From assembly GCA_030141605.1 (NCBI GenBank), contig JAQGDQ010000017.1, positions 1,116,001-1,180,000 on the forward strand: a DNA stretch of 64,000 bases, written 5' to 3'. A program made the translations under genes and the position numbers. The stretch's first letter is position 1; the number at the start of each line of letters is the position of its first letter. Of this stretch, positions 1 to 14,183 are shown piece by piece. The notes under the pieces were generated by a model. It saw only the letters and a list, made by a program, of their open reading frames with translations, made no database searches and was not told the DNA's origin. Source of the stretch: Tubiluchus corallicola (lineage: Eukaryota; Animalia; Priapulida).

Positions 1-33
1 CAATAGAATGCTTAACTACAGGCTAATTCAAAT

Positions 34-35
<2 letters not shown>

Positions 36-84
<49 letters not shown>
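36..84. repeat. (CA)n microsatellite
   Basis: Perfect CA dinucleotide run. Confidence 0.98.
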
Positions 85-85
<1 letters not shown>

Positions 86-89
86 CATA

Positions 90-975
90 AATAGCAGTCA
101 GAGTACACAAGTTAGAGAGGCAACCGTCCAATAGGCATTACCAGTAATGTTAATAATGGATCGGAAACTGATTATTTAGCTTTAATTTAATAGGCAAATA
201 GTGAGCGTGTGTACTATTAGAGAAGGGTACGTAAGGTGAGTAGACAGCAGTCGCTCAACGACATGTGATGCAATGAAAGAAAACGACTATTTGAAGAAAA
301 AAGTGCCACATGTCGGTACTGTAAAATGAAATAAAAAACCAATTTTAGGCACTTTTTGTTTTTTTAAACGATCACATTCCTGTTGATTATGAGGATTCAG
401 AGAGACACTCCAATAATGACATTAGTCATTTAGATTAATCTAAATCATTAGAAATGGCAGTGAGACTTTTGGCACCATAGGAAGTGAGAAGTGAATTCTG
501 AACCAGTTAGACTTGGAAAGCATCAGTAAAGTAACGACCCTTGAGGTGACTTGATACAGACAAGCAAAAAACAAGCTAGAAAAAACAGAGCAAATGAATT
601 AATTCCGTACGAGCTGGTCAGACGAAAAGCTTTGTCCGGAAAAATTAGCAATAAAAGTAAAACGAAAAAAGCAAAGAGCAAAAGTGCAGTTACAGTGCCT
701 GTGATAGAAAGTAGTGACGATGTGGTTGGTGCAGACAGCCCTTCCCAGCCTTTAGCCATTAAGATGTAAAGCAAGGTAACTTGGGTAAGCCACAGCAAAC
801 CACAAACTCAACAATTATCAAGCCAGAACCAGGAGTGTACATTTAGACAATAAAATAAAGAAGGGCAGAAAGACAGATCAACCAGATCGCTTAAAAGCAA
901 AAACATGAAAACTTCTAATCAGTTCTAAGTGAGAAAGCGTGAACATGCATCCGCATAACAATAAAAAGCAAATGT
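90..975 (-). mobile_element. Highly decayed L2/CR1-group LINE ORF2 3' remnant
   Basis: The minus strand gives CYADA near 945-960 (degenerate YADD) and FTVPTCGTFFFK*SFSFIASHV near 260-325, resembling the L2/CR1 C-terminal VPxxRTxxxxxSFSFxG motif. Many stops and frameshifts. Confidence 0.35.
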
Positions 976-1035
976 TACTTAACTCGTAAAGACTTGTTTT
1001 TGTTTAAGACTTAAAAACCTGTCTAGGAATAAATA

Positions 1036-1329
1036 AGGGTGAGCATTCGCTACCAGAAAACCAATTCAAATTCAGTTTTAAAGATTTTCGAATCACTAAT
1101 AAAAAGCAATCTCACAAAGGTCGTGCAAATTACTTGATTGTTTTGCAGTAAAAACCACTAATAATTTGTTTAAAAATTTGTGCACAAAAATCGCTACTAA
1201 AGTATGCTGATTGCATGATGTTTCAATCACTTTAATACTAAAGAACGTATGTATTGAAGTGCTGAATTATACGAACGCATAATTATAGGTTCGAATCGAA
1301 TTCGAACTAAAGAAACTTGTTCTCACCCT
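1036..1329. mobile_element. Putative hAT-type MITE
   Basis: Termini AGGGTGAGCA...GTTCTCACCCT are inverted, with subterminal TTCGAATCGAATTCGAA motifs. No clean TSD. Confidence 0.4.
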
Positions 1330-1896
1330 ATCAATAAGACACACCTCCATGTCAGGCATCGTCTATAGGTAGAAAATCTGTGCACCTCTTTTTACATGAC
1401 ACTCCTCCTTTTAACTATAGCTCACTTACTCAAGTAATAAATTTATTTAAGTGCGGTGGTACTTGTGAGAACATTGAAACTGATTTTAAGTACATATATA
1501 CCTGGGAATACATCAAACAGCAAACTTAAACATAAAAACAGGTTTTCCTTCGCAGCGGTGAGAGTAAAGTTAGTTTACATTATAGGCTCCTTACAGCATA
1601 ATCTATCGTAAAGTGGCTTTCATTTACGTTTATCTTCTCCGGGGGACCCTGTAAAATTAAATTAACTCAGCAGGCAACAGCAATGCATTGTGGCGTCTCA
1701 GAATGAACTGAAAGTTATATTAGCAGGAAGGAAAGATAATAAAATGTTTCTTGAAAATAAAAAATAATCTATTAAGTAAGAACCACTCTAGTATGAGCGA
1801 TCTAACATTGAAAATGCTGAATTTGGTTGGCCAGTTACAACGGATAACTTTTGGACAGACTATCTAGGAACCAATGACCTTGACCAATGAGGAATG

Positions 1897-1958
1897 AACT
1901 GGCTTATTGGTCTCGGGCGTATGCGAGCAGACAGTCCCTGGTTCAAATCCCGGGTTTG
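1897..1958 (+). mobile_element. tRNA-derived SINE head (Pol III A/B boxes)
   Basis: A-box-like TGGCTTATTGG (1900-1910) and B-box GGTTCAAATCCC (1940-1951) at tRNA-like spacing. No cloverleaf. Confidence 0.6.
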
Positions 1959-3120
1959 TAACATCATTTCTTGCAGCATTTTCAAAAAAAACAGTTAATG
2001 TATCTTCACACACACTCCGTGGAGAACACAGCAGCATTACCACGAAAAGATAAATGCCGCAAATAAAATTACTGCAGTCATCAAAATCTCTTCTTTCTGC
2101 AGATGAAACTGTGTTAAGTACACCACACCAACGTCGAAATTTAAGAGCACAATAGCAGAAACGAACATAAATCTTTAACGAACACTAAACACACACGCAC
2201 GCACGCACGCACGCACGCACATAAATCCTGGAATTCCAACTCCAAAGAGCAAAAGTTCAAGCACATGCAAAAAATACCATTTACGCCAATACTAGTCGCT
2301 CTGCAGGTATGACCGAGCCACAGTCCGGCCATTTAGTACGTGAACATAGAATGCCACAGGTGTTCAACAGAGAAATTATACACCACAGCTACACCTGTGG
2401 TTTACAGCTGCTGCACCCAAGTTACATAATAAATCGACGAAGTCACAATAGAACTTAAAGACATGAATAAATCACAATGACATTTTCTATTATATAGTTC
2501 TGAACACACTGACTACTATTCCTAGCTGCTAATCATACATATGTACGGGTGTTTGGCGAGAGCCCAATGAATGTATGTGTACACGTGCACTGTATCGAAG
2601 TGTGATATTTTTCTTAAAACAAAAAAATAGCAGTTCAGTTTCTTAAAACAGCAGTTATTTGACTGCAAAAAGTACCGCAAAACATAAAACATATCAGCTT
2701 TAAAAGCTAAAGCCACAAATCATTGACTATTTCTGTTGTTTCGGTTAGTCAATGCATACAGATTACAAAAACTGAAGCATAAATTCAGTGTGATACACAA
2801 TATGATGAGATTTTACTGCTGGCAACCGAAAATTATTTAAAAAAACGGTTATGTCATGTGGATTTTAGCAAATTTTTACTTTTTAACAGACACTTGTAAG
2901 CAGCTATTCTAGTTCTTTGTGTTTTTTTACAGTAATCTTCTACTTATATTATTATCATCACTTTGTTTTAATTTGCACTGTTTTTGTAGTAGTCCTCTAT
3001 TAGTTAATTTAAATTTTCAACTGCCTTGTCATTCGCACATTACACTTTGAAGATTACAAAATAAATGAATAAATAAAGCCAAATACTGAGTAGCTCCACT
3101 CCCGTTCGAGTAGCAAATGT

Positions 3121-3212
3121 CGAAAACCCCGGCAGAAATGGGATTTGAACATGGAACATCTGGATCCGCAGCCCAATGCCGCAATCATAACCACTAGGCC
3201 ACCACGTTTTCC
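3121..3212 (-). mobile_element. tRNA-derived SINE head
   Basis: The minus strand reads GTGGTGGCCTAGTGGTTA (A box) ... GTTCAAATCCC (B box). Acceptor and anticodon stems do not pair. Confidence 0.7.
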
Positions 3213-3379
3213 ATTTTATAAAAACGACTGCAAAATTTTCTGAGAATCAAGATAGTTATGACAAAAAAGTCTTTCCCTGGCATACGACACGATGAAAGGT
3301 GATTTGCAAAATATCAACATAACACTCATATTTGCATGGGCAATTTTTTCCCATTACATTCCTTTTTCTTTGAGTCCCG

Positions 3380-4089
3380 TTCTTTTATAAGTGTCTGGAT
3401 AGTCTGCGAGATGGTTGTGCACAGGAGACTATTAGAGAGAGTAAAGTGATAGTTAAAAACTCAGTGATGGCTGGCGATAAATCAAAAAGAGTTGCTTACT
3501 GTAAATTTAACCGGAGTTCGGAAAAACCTGAAATACTATGTTCTATCCCAGAGTGTCACAGAATCGCATACTCTAGATTGAGACTTCAGTCCCACGATCT
3601 AAAGGTGGAAACAGGCAGATGGGTCGGTGAGGCGCGACAGGATCGACGGTGCAGATGAGGAGAAATGCAAACTGAAAAACATGTGATCTCGGCTTGTACA
3701 TTCACACGTGATATAAGACTTTCTTATCCTAGGGCGAATTTTGACACGTTGTCAGATTTTTTCAGCAATTAAAATTGCTTTGCTATTTGTTTTAAAACTT
3801 CAGAGCATTTCAAATAAGTTACAGTGATAGTCAGTGATGTAATGTTAATTTAGCCGATAGTAATGAATTATGGATATCCTTACTTATATGTTTTATAATT
3901 TTGTGTTTAGAGGTAATTTTTTCTTGATGTAATGTAATCTAAAGACTGTAGCACTACTGAAATGTTTCCTAATTATCTGTGATCACATTGGAAAGTACGT
4001 AAATGCCGCATGTTGTACCTTTTCAGTCAATAAACTACTACTACCACTACCACTACCACTACCACTACCACTACCACTACTACTACTAC
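3380..4089 (+). mobile_element. 5'-truncated LINE (RTEX/RTE-like) 3' end with CCHC domain remnant and simple-repeat tail
   Basis: Translates to HRIAYSRLRLQSHDLKVETGRW...RQDRRCR*GEMQTEKHVISAC, the R(L)RxxxHxLxxExGRW / CxxxETExH motif of non-LTR ORF2 C-termini. It is followed by an AT-rich 3' UTR, AATAAA (4029-4034) and a (CTA/CTACCA)n tail (4034-4089). Confidence 0.8.
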
Positions 4090-5901
4090 ACTGTTTTTTT
4101 AAAAACGTAAAAGTGATACATATTGAATCATTCCGCTGCTGTATCTCACAGTCAAGCGAAGAAAACAAAGACGCTAAAAACATGATGCAAAGGAAGATAG
4201 TTGGAAAATTTATCGACTCAATCTCACATTGGGAAATAAACGGAACAGTATCATTTACACACCAAATTGCCCGGCAATGGGGATTAGATTCCTTAGAGAA
4301 TAGGAAATCGAGAGAATTCAGCTTCGTCAAAAGAGACTGCATGACAATAATGCACACTCCGACCACATTGACATCAATCGCAGAATGAGAATATGGCTCA
4401 TCGTGCACTCTCATCACATTCAAGAAATTTGAAATGATAAAGGAGCCCGACTGAATTTGCATTTAACAGTCATCCCTCTGAGAATTTTAAGCAGCCGCTG
4501 TCGAAAATCAAAAGGATGGCTGACACACAGGCACACTTGCATTCAGCGGCTAAGTTTAGCAGCTATGCAAACTCTAAAAGCCCTCAGCCATACAATGAGA
4601 TACTGCATGCAGACAAGCATTCATATATGCAGCAAATGGAAACGGCTCACAATTCACACGCCGGGCATAAACGTCAGCCTAAACTGTTAATCAAGCTTTT
4701 GATGTGACGTCGGCAAACGTGTTACGGCAAAAGTTGTTAGCACCCGAGGGAATTCTCCCCACTGATACACTAACGCAATATTATATAATGTCTCACACTT
4801 CTATGCAACAGCTTCAGCAGTCAGAATTTTATGCCGTACGTTTTGCAAGACAAAATATGTTTCAGAGAACTACCAGCATCAGGAACACTGTTTGTATCAT
4901 GTTGACTGGTAATGGTGAGGTCAATTTAATTTGCAGAAAAGGGATTTTTATCGGATTTCAAATTATTCCCAAAATGTAAATATACCACTATTAATGCTTT
5001 CCCCTAAAAACAAAGGGAAGATAAATTTGAAATTTTTTGACAACTGTCGCAATTTGTTTCTTTTTTGTTTTGTTATTGACTCGCTTGTGAGGAATATAAC
5101 TATTGAACTAGCTTATCTGACTGCTTTATGATGCAAATGTGAAGAAAATGTGCAAATTCTGTAATTGTGACCGCAATATAGCAACTTTAGCCCTTTTCAT
5201 ATCTATGGCTGGGGTTTCTCATCTTTCTTTGCTCGCCAAGAGTGTTTACAATCACTTTATTTGCCGGTGCATTACTCCTTTTGGATTTTAGTCCTTTAGA
5301 GGTGAAATCTGCAAAAGTTCTGACACCTGGCGGCAAGAAACTGTGGCAAGTATATGTACTTCAGGGTTCTCTTACCGTTTAACAGTAACATGCTGTTATT
5401 ATTACCACTTACTTTCAGCAATTCAGTTCAATATACTTATAAAGTATATCAAAAGATAATTTGTGGTGATTCTGTAATTTCAGAATTATATTTCGCGAGA
5501 ATAAAGACACTATATACCATCTACTATTTTAATTGTTACCTTTTCTGTCAAACGTGCTTAAAATTTCGCTTCTCCCAAACGCTGCTAATGCAATAAATTC
5601 TATTTGACTTACATTTAAACCAGTTTTAGCAGCTAAGATAAAGTTTTTTTGGAGTATATAACTATATCATTATCTCAAAATTAAATCAGCAACTTAAATT
5701 AAGCAGCCAATTGTACCAAAAACTGCCAACTAACCTTTAAAACTAGGATACTCACTTACTCATGCCTATTAAATAATATTTTCAGCACCGGCCAGCTAAA
5801 GAGTGACTTCAGCATTACCCACACATGTGAATAACACTTTACACTAGATAGCAGAAAAATTCTGCTTGTTGATGACATAATATTATCTCTTAGTATATAA
5901 G

Positions 5902-6671
5902 CACGGCCGGCTCTACCACTAGGCAAACTAGGCAGTTGCCTGGGCGTCAAATTTGGGGTGGCGCCAAATTCTGCAAGAATTTCTTTAATTTTTAAGTCTA
6001 GCATAAGTAATAACATACTGTATGTGTAATTGCTTAAGTGTACAACACCCTAATTAAATAAAACAAACTTATACTTGTCCCATTTTTCGTATCAAAATAA
6101 ACCTATAATCTTGAATCGAAGCCTTCAGGACAGTAATATAGGAAAGGAAAGGTAGAAAGGCTGGCAGACACTGAACAGCAAAAAGATTTGAGAAAGAGGC
6201 ATTTGCAGCCAGACCAGATGTATTTAAGAAGGAGGAGTCAGTGTCTCAAAAATTTCCTGATGAAAAAGCTGAATGAAATTCTAGCCAAAAGTATGTACAT
6301 GAAAAGTGTCCAGCAGAAATTGTAGAAATTTTGATTGCTCCCGAAGGCCCATATGAATTTCAAATGAAATCTGTATATAGGTAATTCACTGCAATTAATA
6401 AGTGTACTTTAATACATATGCTTAATGCACAAATATCACTATACTTGAATATATGCTACCAAAATTCAATTTTGTGGGTGGATTCAATTCATCATCATCA
6501 TCATCATCATGGCCATGAGGATTCAATTCAACTCACCTTTATTTTCTTAATAGCAGTTAAAATTCGACACGATTATTTTGACATTTCAATGCAGGGATGA
6601 GGCTGACAGGTGAGGAGGGGGCGCTAAAATAATTATTGACTAGACCATTCAACTATCAAGAACCAGCTCTG
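5902..6671. mobile_element. Non-autonomous hAT element, 770 bp
   Basis: TIRs CACGGCCGGCTCT / AGAACCAGCTCTG (CAGGGCCGG-type). Exact 8-bp TSD TATATAAG at 5894-5901 and 6672-6679. Confidence 0.88.
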
Positions 6672-7699
6672 TATATAAGCATCAAAGATCAAAATATGTC
6701 AATGAAAAATGAATCAGCACATCTCTCTATGCTTTATTACTTGAAATCTCTCTAATAACCAACAAATTGCAACATGCTTGGCTGTCTTATTTGGCAAATT
6801 TGTGCACATGATGCAATGCAGTCACAGCAAACTGCGAATTATACGTGTTGCTTTTTCAAACGAAAGATTTACTGCGGCCTACAATCCCGGGGGAAGTTTT
6901 AACTACTTCCAAACGGAAAACATCGTTCTGCAGTTCCGTCGTGATAATTCCGTAAATCAGCTCAAGTTTAGAGCTGGCGATGTTCTGCAGAAAATAATCC
7001 AAAATAGATCAAAAGCTAGAATAAGCTTAACATTACTACATAACCATCTCGTTAGTATTTTAATCCTTCTGCATACATCCAGAAAAGGCGAAAGGTTAAC
7101 CTGTAATTGAATGGGCTCTCAACTTTTCAAATTTGAGCAGAAATATTCGCTGCCAGATGAAAAATACTTGCTAAGCAGAAACGATCTCAGCAATTAATTA
7201 ACAGGAACTGATCAGTGAAATGATGCAATACATTTTACATGGCAATTAAAGCAGGTGACGTCAGAGTAGTCTAATCAATATTTTTTCGCATGAAAAACGA
7301 TCTGGCCTTGGGACATAATCATGCAAACTTATCCTATTAGCTAAGCAGACAGCGACAATTAATTTTCCTCAATCTCATTGGAAAGAAAATAATTTGCTCA
7401 CAGATTGTAAATCATTTACTTAACTAAGCAGAAATGGGAGCCATGCTATCCAATAATAACAGAAGTATTACCAGAAATTAGTGTTATACTCAAACGCAGA
7501 AATATGACTTTAGCTACCTTCGTTTTGTTATGTCTATCAAATGATAAAATGTAACAAAAGATTTAAACTCTGCACACTCCATGATATCACAACATTTGAC
7601 ACCACAAGTCTCACACAATTGATGAAATAAATTGATTTGATTTGATTTCACAATTTTTTAAATAACTTAACTTAAAAGAAAACAGATCAACCAAAAATA

Positions 7700-8080
7700 G
7701 AAATTATAAATGCTAGTTCAAACAGAAGTAAAATACAACAGAAGAAACAAAATACAAAATAATTAAGAAGTGTTGCAAACATATAACCTAACCTAAGGAA
7801 TAAAATGAACTAAGCATAAATGCAACACAATCGGATCATTTGAATCAAAAACCCCAAAATAACAGGAAAAGCCATTAGTAGCCCGATGAACGAAAAACGG
7901 TCATGGCAAGCATTAAAGCACAAGCATAGCATGTTGATTGAAACAAGCACGCAACTTTATATAAGAAGGCATAAACCACGCGGGTAATATTCATGTCACA
8001 TGCAAACGTTATTGATGTTGAATAACCAAATAAAAAGTGCACTTCAGTTTGGAAAATGCACAGCACCCTTTTTGCGAAAC
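7700..8080 (-). mobile_element. LINE 3' remnant (CCHC region plus 3' UTR)
   Basis: ORF 7875-8066 begins LCIFQTEVHFLF, similar to the CxxxTExHFLxxC knuckle of RTEX-like ORF2. A T-rich UTR follows on the minus strand. Confidence 0.45.
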
Positions 8081-8174
8081 ATGCAGCATTTTCCTTTCAT
8101 ATATATATATATATGAAGGGTACTATTGTACTATTGTACTGAAGTGTACTATTTATTTATATATATATATATAG

Positions 8175-8800
8175 GAGCTGCAACTATACGAAAACACAAT
8201 AGAACATATACATTTACCAAAAGTCCTAGGAAACAGTTAATTATTACGAGATAACGTAAAATTTCACCCATACAAAGTTAGACACTTATTCGATAAAAAT
8301 TGGTTTTCTTTCCTAATTCTCAATTGACAACCACCAAAATCCAAACTGTTCTGCACAGACCCAAAGTTTCTTCAGATATCTTGAAAACAGACACGCGTAT
8401 TGTGTCCAGTAGAAATAATTAATAATATAATATTAATTAAATAATATTAAAATAGTTAATCGGTAATCAATAAGAAATTTATTTGCTACTTTCCAATCAA
8501 TTAACATGATAACCTCAGAAACTCTTTGATGTAATCTTGTATGAACCCAGTAAAACGTTTGTAAGACAATGCAGGCAAACAAAGTGGACAAATAACTCTT
8601 GACATAGGTAAACAAAAGAAAAATACCCAAAGGTAACCTCAAGTGGTACACCATTTAACAACTGTGAGAAATCTTTAAAGATACGAAGATATGAAGATGT
8701 GTCTATGAAGACAAAAACGATCCAAGACAAGTATGGCAACAAAAACATATGTGAAAATCCCAAGAAATCCGCAAAAATACAGGTAAAATTTCCTCAAATG
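8175..8800 (-). mobile_element. Decayed L2/CR1-group LINE reverse transcriptase fragment
   Basis: Frameshifted motifs occur in RT order: IVFVFIDTS (~xFLDLSKAFD), NGVP...LGIFLLFTYV (~GVPQGSxLGPLLFLIYxND), and DWKVANKFLIDYRLTILILF (~WxxxNKLxLNxxKTxxIxF). Confidence 0.6.
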
Positions 8801-9405
8801 AGTCACGTGAAAGGCAATAAAAAATATAACCATGTTTGGTCATAGATCAAGGGGTCAAAATCTTAAAAAAACCAAAGATAGTTGGCTAATGTGCACAGCA
8901 CATAAACTGAAACCAGACAAACCTTTGCACGTTATGGAATTTTACCACCCGTTCACTGCTGCACTCACTTGGCTGCATTCTCAACATCGGCTTTTCTACA
9001 AACAAAAGGTGCAATCTTGGAGAATCTTCAGTAAAAATGCTCATCAATCCTTGTTCAAGCTTCTTACTACCTGCAAAGGAAACCAGACTCTTGCAACAGA
9101 TGAAAAATTCCCAAGAGGAAAGAATTTCGCAGAAAGCATTGGAAAAAATCAGATAGGAAATAAAATCATACGCTTGAGCGCACCTCGAAAAATGTCACGC
9201 AGTAATTGCCCCAATGAGCAAAATAACTACCGATTACTTCTGGCGAAATAACAGAAAAATAAAAACGGCAAAAACTGATGCAATCAAGCAACATTTCCGG
9301 ATTTTGAACATGTCAAGATTCTATAAATATATTACAGCAATTAATTAGCAAGGCTCCAGATGCGCGGAAACACTGTACAGATGATGCGATTTTAAAACTT
9401 TAAAA

Positions 9406-9480
9406 CCGGGGTTCTCAACCTAGGGTTTGGAAACCTCTAGGGCTTCACAGGACAGTTTACAGGAGTACTTGAACGACTAG
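9406..9480 (+). mobile_element. hAT (Charlie-like) MITE left-end fragment
   Basis: CCGGGGTTCTCAACCT resembles the CAGGGGTTCTCAACCT terminus. The partner end was not found. Confidence 0.4.
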
Positions 9481-9598
9481 AAAAGGAGTGCTAGTAGGTA
9501 TACCTAAAGTCTTAATTCTGAATTCTGCACAGAGAGAAGGTGACTACTACAGGTAGGTGTGCCGAGTCAGTTTAGTTCAACGCTTCACACTCAGACAG

Positions 9599-9945
9599 CA
9601 ATTCAATTCAATTTCTATTTATTTGTCTCTTTCGAGTTAGTAATATTAAATAAAGTGTATACAATATAGTTTAATAAAGAGTTATAGAAACCAGATGGTG
9701 AACAAACCATATGGTCATTTAGTATAGCCACCCCTAAAAAATAAACTAATTATGCATTAATGAAAGTGGGGAAAGAGCAAAAGTGTTAAAATAAGTAAAA
9801 AAATGTAAGAAAATTGAAGAAAGAAAATATACAAAAATCCAAACAACATACAAGCAATAGTATTATACCAGAGCAGTAAGTAAAACTAAGTCAAATGTAC
9901 TCAAACAGTAAAACTTGTGATCGTGTATAAGATCAATGCGTTCTC
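9599..9945 (-). mobile_element. Retroelement 3'-end repeat, family C, copy 1
   Basis: Collinear with 26740-27087 (shared TATAGTTTAATAAAGAGTTATAGA, TATACCAGAGCAGTAAGTAAAACTAA, TTGTGATCGTGTA). The minus strand ends AATAAA + (TTGAA)n and has a GGGTGGC stem-loop. Confidence 0.75.
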
Positions 9946-10869
9946 CTTTTCATTAAAAAAATAATCATGCAGAATTTTATAACTTAATCCATAATAATAA
10001 TCATCATCATCATCATCATAATAATAATAATAATAATCTGAGTGGTCCTTATAGACAGCAGAGATTACATTTATGCCACAAACTTTGATGCATCTGTGTG
10101 TCTAGGCCTATCGATCACGTTTTGTCCGGGAGGAGGGCGATTTATTTTCCCTGTGCGTATGTTTATACAGAATTTACTCTTCAATGAAGCTACAATTCAA
10201 TTTTCAGGTGTGGCTGGATGATGACTGCAGTCGGCTAGCTAGCTGATACACATACTAGTATAATGCGCCTAGTTACTAGCATGTTGTGTTTTAAAATCTC
10301 TTGATGTTTTATTAAATACATATAGCATGTTTATGAAGCCGATGCTTAACTTCTGTATGAAATCATAAATTTGAACAATTTGAAATTCGTTGCGGTGCCA
10401 TTGCGCATATAATTACACTTAATATATTACCATTCCATACTGAGTTTTTAGTAAATTCAATAAAGGGGTACGAATCAAAGTACGACAACTCTGAGGGTAC
10501 TGAAAGAAAGGGGTTAAGAATCCCTGAATAAGTGTAATAAAACATTCAAATTAAAAGATATCCAATCAACACAGAATATTCAGCAAGCAAAACTCGTGCG
10601 AAATTGCACGTAATTACATTCTACCAACAGATTTTACTCATGTAAATGACGCACATACAAAAATACTTGCAAATTAAACAAAATTCTGATTATGATCGTA
10701 ATTATAGAAGATTAGAACAAAAGTCAAAGTAAATAAAGCAAGATGAATGGGTCAGAATAGGTGTAAAAAGTATGGCGGCATTGCTCATTAAAAGTGATTT
10801 GTTATGAATATCAAGGTTCATTGTCCGAAACCAAACGATTGAAAACAACTAACTTTGTCACTTAAGTGA

Positions 10870-11040
10870 CGGTCAGTCGGTTAGTCAATCAGTCAACCAA
10901 TCAAGTGACTCATTTAGTCAGATAATAAAGTTCCTGTGTTATCAGTCAACTGGTCAGTCATTTAGCTAGCAATCCAGTATGTCAACAAGTCATCCAGTCA
11001 ACCAGCCAGCTAGCTAATCAGTCTATCAATCAGTAATTCA
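10870..11040. repeat. Degenerate (AGTC)n microsatellite
   Basis: Recurrent CAGTCA/TAGTCA/CAATCA units. Confidence 0.7.
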
Positions 11041-11051
11041 ACTATTCTACT

Positions 11052-11345
11052 AGTGCAACTGTAAGATATTCAGTGTGTTATAGTAAAACTAGGCAGGTTT
11101 TAAAGTAAAAATTCAAATTTCAAATTTACCGCTGTGGTCACGCATGAGCTGTCGAATGTGTGTAATTCGTCAGAAGCTAACACTTCTGAACTGAGAGGTA
11201 CAGCACCTGTTTTTTGTGCGATGCATTTCGGAAATGCAGGTGCTAGTGTCCTTCTAACTAGCGAACAGCGAAATGCATGTGACAGTGAAGAACTAGAGGC
11301 ATGAACGTGAAACTTTGTTTGTGTGGTAATAATTGTTTCGCATTC
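11052..11345 (+). mobile_element. Internal fragment of Kolobok/T2-like MITE family A
   Basis: Near-identical to 15841-16135 and lacks both termini. Confidence 0.9.
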
Positions 11346-13726
11346 AACTTTTCAAAAACCAGACTGTAACTACTTAATAAGCCAATTATGTTATCAAATA
11401 AATGAAGTTAATTAGCAAAACCAATCAATTAATTATAAGACCAATTCACATTTAGACAAAAATTGAAATACCAAACTCTGCAGACAAAATGGGACGGACT
11501 AAAGTACAATAATGCTTATTATGCGGTGTAGTAAAAGAGGTAATGAGGAGAGGTTCAATCAGCTCCAGCAGCCAACTAAGCCTTGACCTTAACAGCCTGT
11601 AACCACGACTGTACCAACAGAAAGAAATACACAACAATACCACACTGATCTGACCCCTCTTACCCACCCCTCAATAGAGCAAAAACTGGTTTTACTGTAT
11701 ACTACCTCCCGCTACCCTATCATTATCATAATTTAGGGCCTATTTTCGGTTGTTTCCTAAAGCATTTACCGCAAATACACATGGCTAGCCTAGCGCATAT
11801 GAAGTTAAGTGAAAGCTGCAAATGTGGTGTGAGAAAATGCTGCACAGAACAATTGCATTGTGACTTGTGGGCTCGTAAATATCATCATAAAATAACAAAA
11901 TCCTTAGTAGTAATAGCAAATTTTTACTGAAAGTATTAAAGAAAATATCATACATAAGAGTTATTTACAGTTTGTAAGAATCAAACTGATACATTCACAT
12001 TTATTTCAAGAAAATGAAATAACAATTCATCCAGAGATGCATCTTGTTGACTTGAAATAAAAGCGAAATCACAGTTAAATTTTAAAACTTTAAAAGAAAG
12101 CACACACCACTGTCAAAGTTAGGAATTTTGAGTTTATGTGTCGAAACGATTACACACTATTTTGTATCACACCATAACCTTTACAATGTATACTAAACCC
12201 AATGTAATTAAAAACAATGAAAAATTAAAATAAACAATAAAAAACAAGCATTTTTGTCAAACTGTAGCACTGAACTGTCATAAAGGATTTCATAAAATAG
12301 CATGTTCACTGGCTTAATTCAGCATACATGTACTCAAAGCATTTACTTTTATTTTGACACCAACTCAACAGTTATTACATAATTTCCACCTGTTCGCACA
12401 GAATGCTTTTTCAGCGACCATTTGACAATTAATGTAAACATCCACTTAATCAATAAACAAAGAAATTTTTAATGAACATTTGAAGCCAAAAAAAAATTAT
12501 TCATTTTTTCCAACTGTCAAGCACAAAAATGTTTCCATATCAAGATTTTATAACATCTGCACTTTTCCTTTGACATAATTGTGCCTGTCATGCATAATTG
12601 TAGCACATCGCTCTTGCCAAACAATTTTAGTGTTTTTATCAATTTTCTTCTACTTGTAAGGCAACCCAAATAAGCTTAGACAAGACATGCAAAACGCTCA
12701 AATACACAGTGACCACAGCACAGCAACACTTACTTTCTTATTCCTTCTTACGCAAACTAGCTTACATGAAACAAAACTGTGCAACAACCAAATAACGGAC
12801 AACGATCAATATTTTACAACATACGGATTAACAAACGAGCAGGAATAATGCTAAAATAATGAATTGCGGGAATTAATTGCAACACAAATGCTTTTTGTTT
12901 TTTTCTGAATCAACATGCTATGTCGTATTCCAGGAAAATTCCCCCATAACAAAGTGAGCCAATCATTGCCTTAAATAAACAGTGTCACAAACAAACGTTT
13001 TTGAAACGACTGCTTGAACCGACTGACCAAATACAATCCTCATTACACAGAACTGTGCAGTAAGTTAAACAAACGTTAAGACTAAAAATGCTTAACTGTA
13101 CTGAAGAGCTATGTACGCATCTTAAAAATAAAAATGGATTAAAATTTTAACGAATTGAAGTAAGCTGTTATTTGTCTAGAAAGCCGACTGATTACTGTTT
13201 GTAGCCTGAGTGACATAAGCTGTTAGTCAACACAGTTTGACACAGACCCCACCTTCAGATCTTCACCCGTCTGCCTGACATTGAACCTGGGCAAAATCCG
13301 TAAGAATCTTAAAAGGATGCACTTAATCTGCGCAAGATTCAATTGGATTTTAACAATAGTGTTAAGAGGTTAGTAACAGCGGGCCAAGATTCTATCGACA
13401 CCCTAAAGTCATATATACAGCAAACACCTGCACGCTCGGGATGCCTTAGGTTTACGCTCAAATCACGCAAACAAAAAGTGCACGCAGTTCAGAAAGCTTT
13501 TCAACAAAAACCGGACTTTATGATGCACCTTCTAATGCAGGAACGTCAAGTTACCCGAAAAACTGTTGGGAAATATGATGTCTGAAAGAGCGTAAAACAT
13601 CATATCCCAGAGAGTATTCCAACTTTCCAAGAGATCTTTGAAAATTTTCTGAATATATTTGTATAATGAAGAGTTTTTGCATAATATTAATATAATAGCC
13701 AGAAGAGAGAAGAAATCAGAAACAGC

Positions 13727-14183
<457 letters not shown>

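Noticed and set aside
4113-4979. Cluster of overlapping 60-90 aa ORFs in a GC-richer stretch
   Set aside because: There is no recognisable domain or convincing splice-site pair; this is more likely non-coding regulatory sequence.
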